29,250 bases of DNA, taken from the NCBI GenBank assembly GCA_034190465.1, contig JAXINV010000008.1, positions 1 to 29,250 of the forward strand, written 5' to 3'. Both the position numbers and the translations under genes were made by a program. This DNA comes from Candidatus Asbonarchaeum danakilense (GTDB taxonomy: Archaea; Nanohalarchaeota; Nanosalinia; Nanosalinales; Nanoanaerosalinaceae). The notes under the pieces are model-generated. The model saw nothing but the letters and a program-made list of their open reading frames with translations, did not search any database and was not told the origin of the DNA. Each line of letters begins with the position of its first letter. Position 1 is the stretch's first letter. Positions 25,922-29,250 of the stretch are shown one piece after another.

Positions 25922-26012
25922 CCAGGCCAGAGCGACTACGGGCGACCCCGGAGGAACGGCAGCAGATCAGAGCGACCATCGCCGATGTCCACAACGTCGT
26001 GTGCAAGGACGA

Positions 26013-26474
26013 TCAGGATGCCGAGCTCGAGGCGTGTGATCGGATCCGGTCTGCGACCTGTTCAGGGTCGACAACACCGACCAGGTCCAGCTTCCTGTCG
26101 TCAACCGTCTCGACCGTAACAGTCCCTGTGCCGTGGAGGCTGTCCAGTCCTCGCTGTCGTACCTCCACCGTCTCGGCGGTACGCAGCGGGAACTCCGTCT
26201 CGCCGGTCAACGTCCGTTTCACCAGGACGCCGTCATCGATGCCGTACCGCACCCTGTAGCTGTACTCCGCGACAGCGACGTTGAGCGCAGCCAGCAGCGC
26301 GAACCCGGCAGCGACCCGGTCCGCCCACCTCCTGACCTCGGCAGCGGTAAAGCTTCCTGCCCCTGTTTCGACAGGCGTCAGGCCGGCGTACACAGCGACC
26401 ACGACGAAAAGGATCGCCGGTAGGTAAAGCGACATCCTGGTACCTGCCAGCCGTCGCGTGGTGAACCGTTCCAT
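26013..26474 (-). CDS. Membrane protein with a bacterial PH-like (bPH_2) domain
   Basis: 2 TM segments, then RYGIDDGVLV...VEVRQRGLDSLHGTGTVTVET...VVDPEQV. Confidence 0.75.
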   Translation of the reverse strand: MERFTTRRLAGTRMSLYLPAILFVVVAVYAGLTPVETGAGSFTAAEVRRWADRVAAGFALLAALNVAVAEYSYRVRYGIDDGVLVKRTLTGETEFPLRTAETVEVRQRGLDSLHGTGTVTVETVDDRKLDLVGVVDPEQVADRIRSHASSSAS

Positions 26475-26543
26475 ACACGGCCTATCGTCCTGGCGGCACA
26501 AAACTGTTTGGGGAAAAGAAAAAAATTAGACGGAACGAGGCTC

Positions 26544-26762
26544 TTACGCCTCCTTCCACATACCTGAGAGCACCGCCGACGCCACAAGGATCGTGGCCGA
26601 CAGGATGACGAAACCACCCTGCGGATCCTGGACACCTGCCAGCGCCGCACCCGTGTCCACGACGAACACGGTGATGAAGAACGCCAGGATCGCCAGGATC
26701 AGCATGACGACAGATGCCACAACGTTACCGACAACATCCGCGACCGCATCTCCAAGTCCCAT
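26544..26762 (-). CDS. Small 2-TM membrane protein
   Basis: 72-aa hydrophobic ORF with strong GGAGGTGA SD and a T-run downstream. Confidence 0.85.
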   Translation of the reverse strand: MGLGDAVADVVGNVVASVVMLILAILAFFITVFVVDTGAALAGVQDPQGGFVILSATILVASAVLSGMWKEA

Positions 26763-26938
26763 AGAAACTCACCTCCATTGTATCAATTACCGCCGCCCGC
26801 CTTAAAGGCCACGGCCCGCCCCGGATCCTTAAAATAATTTCCGGCCGCTCCGATAAACAGTACACAAATTTTAAAAGAACAGGGTGGAAACTTGAAGCGC
26901 ATGAACCTTCAGCCAGCACCCGGTAGAGGTACGGTACC

Positions 26939-28216
26939 ATGCCGCAGATGACCGACCAGCCAAACAGCGACTGGCGGCACATACCCGTCACCATCCCGGA
27001 CAAGCCAGCAGCGCGGCAGCCCAGCTACGCCAAGATGCGGTGCCGCTGGTCGACCGGCCAGACACGACAGGCAGACCTGCAGCGGGCACAGGCCGACATC
27101 GAGCAGCACATGCAGCAGGCGGACATCGACACCACCCCTGCCTTCGACCTGCAGGGCGACTGGCCCGACCACCCGCTGATGGACTCCGTCAGACAGCGGG
27201 TCAGGGAGCGTGTCACACAGCGGATCGCGGAACGTAACCTGCTCGTCGACGAGAAGGACGCACTGTTCCAGGTCCTGTTCCGCCTCACCGCACTGCCACC
27301 GCGACGGCTGTTTCAGGACGGCGACGCGGCACGGCAGCTGCTGGACGGTGTCAGCACCGACCAGTGGCGCGGCATCCTCGACCTCGACAGGGACGACTTC
27401 CACGCCCTGGCGCTGGACGAGGCCGTCATCGACCGTGTCATCGACGAGCAGCTCGCCGTCATCCAGGACAGACTCGCCGCCAGCCCGCTGCCCCTGGAGC
27501 GAATCCTCGAGAAGACCGGGATCTGCAGCGGAGACTGGGTGCTGAAGCGGACCGGTGGCGAGGTCGTCGCCGAGGACAGGCGGACCGGCGACCAGCGCGG
27601 CATCGAGCTGCGCGAAGTCGACCAGCAGACCGCCACACAGTTCCACCAGGACCTGCACTACATCCACACCCCGCGGACCGGGACCGCGTACGGGCTCTAC
27701 GCCGAGGGCGCCGAGCTGCCGTTCTCCGTCGAGTCCGTCGAGCCCGTCGACCGGGACTACAAGCAGGCAGCCCTGCTGCTCCACGGCCACGACCCCGACA
27801 ACTGCGTCGAGCTGACACGGCTGTACAACTGGCCGTCACCGCCGATGAACACCGTCAGCATCATGGACAGGCTCGTCTTCGACCGGTTCCGCGACGAAGG
27901 GATCGAAGCCGTCAGCACCACCATCATGCCGACCTACACCCTCAGCAAGAGCCAGACGGCCGGCGGCATCGACCAGGCATACCTCGCCAAGCGGCCGGAA
28001 CACACGTTCATCGGCAGGGACGTCGGCGGGCGGACAGCACTTGAGCACGCCACCAAACGCAAGCGGCAGCGGCGCGGCCAGCAGCCCGTGCGGCGGGACC
28101 ATCCCGACTTCCCGCTGCTGCCCGTCGTCGAGCTGATCAACGGCCTCAGCGCGCCCAGCATCGAGCCGTCACACCGGGTCGACGGAAGCATGATAACCAT
28201 GGGGTACGGAGGCTGA
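26939..28216 (+). CDS. Uncharacterised protein with a putative Mom-like GNAT-fold C-terminal domain
   Basis: LREVDQQTATQFHQDLHYIH...YGLY...VELTRLY...PMNTVS resembles the HY...G...ELxRL...PxNxxS pattern of Mom-like proteins. The ORF itself is well supported; the family call is tentative. Confidence 0.55.
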   Translation: MPQMTDQPNSDWRHIPVTIPDKPAARQPSYAKMRCRWSTGQTRQADLQRAQADIEQHMQQADIDTTPAFDLQGDWPDHPLMDSVRQRVRERVTQRIAERNLLVDEKDALFQVLFRLTALPPRRLFQDGDAARQLLDGVSTDQWRGILDLDRDDFHALALDEAVIDRVIDEQLAVIQDRLAASPLPLERILEKTGICSGDWVLKRTGGEVVAEDRRTGDQRGIELREVDQQTATQFHQDLHYIHTPRTGTAYGLYAEGAELPFSVESVEPVDRDYKQAALLLHGHDPDNCVELTRLYNWPSPPMNTVSIMDRLVFDRFRDEGIEAVSTTIMPTYTLSKSQTAGGIDQAYLAKRPEHTFIGRDVGGRTALEHATKRKRQRRGQQPVRRDHPDFPLLPVVELINGLSAPSIEPSHRVDGSMITMGYGG

Positions 28217-28220
28217 TACC

Positions 28221-28805
28221 ATGCAGACAGTCCTGTTCCTGACATCGAACGAGGAGAAGTTCACGTGGGCGAAGAAGAAACTGGAGCCCTACGACATCAA
28301 ACTGGAGCGGAACGACTTCGGCCTGCCAGAGATCCAGAGCGTCGACACCGAGCAGGTCGCACGGGAGAAGGCCGAGTACGCCACCCGGTTCATCCAGCAG
28401 CCGTTCTTCGTCGCCGACACCGGCTTCGAGATCGAGGCGCTGGACGGCTTCCCCGGCGCGTTCCTCAAGCCCGTCATGAACACCATCGGCGCCGAGGGAC
28501 TGTGCAAGCTGATGGAAGACGAGGACGACCGCAGCTGCAACTTCAAGAGCGTCCTCGCCTACGTCGACCAGGACGGCGACATCCACACCTTCACCTGCAA
28601 CGACACCGGCACAATGGCCGTCGAGCCGACCGGTGAGCAGCGTGACCAGTGGGGCGACATCATGCGGCTGCACCAGCCCGACGGCTTCGACAAGACCCTC
28701 GCCGAGATGACCGACGACGAGTTCAGCAGCTACGAGGACCGGATGGAATCCGAAGAACACTACGTCAAGTTCGCCGAATGGTTCGCAGGGAGGGATGACA
28801 CATGA
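28221..28805 (+). CDS. Ham1/ITPase-family NTP pyrophosphatase, divergent
   Basis: FLTSNEEK, LPEIQ, AREKA, VADTGFEIEALDGFPG and KTLAEM are present; FGxDP and SHR motifs are absent. Confidence 0.92.
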   Translation: MQTVLFLTSNEEKFTWAKKKLEPYDIKLERNDFGLPEIQSVDTEQVAREKAEYATRFIQQPFFVADTGFEIEALDGFPGAFLKPVMNTIGAEGLCKLMEDEDDRSCNFKSVLAYVDQDGDIHTFTCNDTGTMAVEPTGEQRDQWGDIMRLHQPDGFDKTLAEMTDDEFSSYEDRMESEEHYVKFAEWFAGRDDT

Positions 28806-29250
28806 GCATCGTCTTCGTCAGCGGCGTGCCCGGCACCGGCAAGAGCACCGTCTGCCAGGGCGCACTGGAGCAGGACTACGACCTCGACTACCTCAACGTC
28901 GGCCAGTACCTGGAAGAATACATCGAAGAACACGGCAGCGAAGAAGGGGTCGACGACGCGCTGGAGGACTACCTCAAAGGCCTGGAGGACGACGTCATCG
29001 TCGACACCCACGCCGTCGAGCGGACAGACTACGGACTCAAGCAGTACGCGTTCCAGGGCCTTTCGGACATGGACGTCGAGGGCTACGTCTTCGTCGACAG
29101 CGACCCGGAAGACATCTACCAGCGGCGGGAGAAGAGCGACAAGGAACGAATCGATGAGTCCCTCGACGAGATCGAACAGCACCGCGACCACCTGCAGCGC
29201 GTCATCACCTCGCGGGCCACGAGGGACGAGGCACCGACCTACGTCCTGGA
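28802..29250 (+). CDS. Archaeal AdkA-type nucleoside monophosphate kinase (3' end off window)
   Basis: Manual translation: MSIVFVSGVPGTGKSTV...VIVDTHA...VDSDPEDIYQRR...DEIEQH; ATGA overlap with the Ham1 stop. Confidence 0.85.
   Translation, partial: MSIVFVSGVPGTGKSTVCQGALEQDYDLDYLNVGQYLEEYIEEHGSEEGVDDALEDYLKGLEDDVIVDTHAVERTDYGLKQYAFQGLSDMDVEGYVFVDSDPEDIYQRREKSDKERIDESLDEIEQHRDHLQRVITSRATRDEAPTYVL

Noticed and set aside
22995..25990. A further att repeat closing a second island after the CDF gene
   Set aside because: No additional copy of the tRNA 3' end was found by eye downstream of 22994, so no boundary can be supported.
1..29250. CRISPR array, IS element or rRNA
   Set aside because: No regularly spaced repeats, transposase motifs or rRNA-like sequence seen.

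Overview
This is a GC-rich, gene-dense window from a halophilic archaeon. The proteins are strongly acidic, promoters are TATA-like, and archaeal cca and aIF5A are present. Compact spacing and divergence from typical Halobacteria suggest a nanohaloarchaeon (DPANN), but that is inference. The left part is housekeeping: adk (partial), cca, aIF5A, ftsZ, gatC-gatA, gatB and a glyA-thyA-folA operon. It holds two oddities: a ~400-nt heavily base-paired non-coding region behind ftsZ that repeatedly exposes C-rich tracts and matches neither SRP nor RNase P motifs, and a YbaK-type tRNA-editing domain fused to a duplicated GatB tail, coupled to gatB. In the middle is a tRNA-Ser(CGA) with a 102-nt BHB intron carrying a K-turn/box-D element. 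Its 3' end is the target of a ~6.5-kb integrase-less island bounded by a 23-bp direct repeat, with a second damaged att copy. The island carries metal/redox cargo with a shared operator motif and a deletion scar that fuses two pseudogenes. A cysteine desulfurase and an SmtB-CDF zinc cassette follow. At the right end is a tightly coupled three-gene unit: Mom/GNAT-like protein, Ham1/ITPase with rewritten specificity motifs, and an extra AdkA-type kinase. This is the best candidate for an undescribed nucleotide-modification system. Family calls come from motif recognition only; no searches were run.
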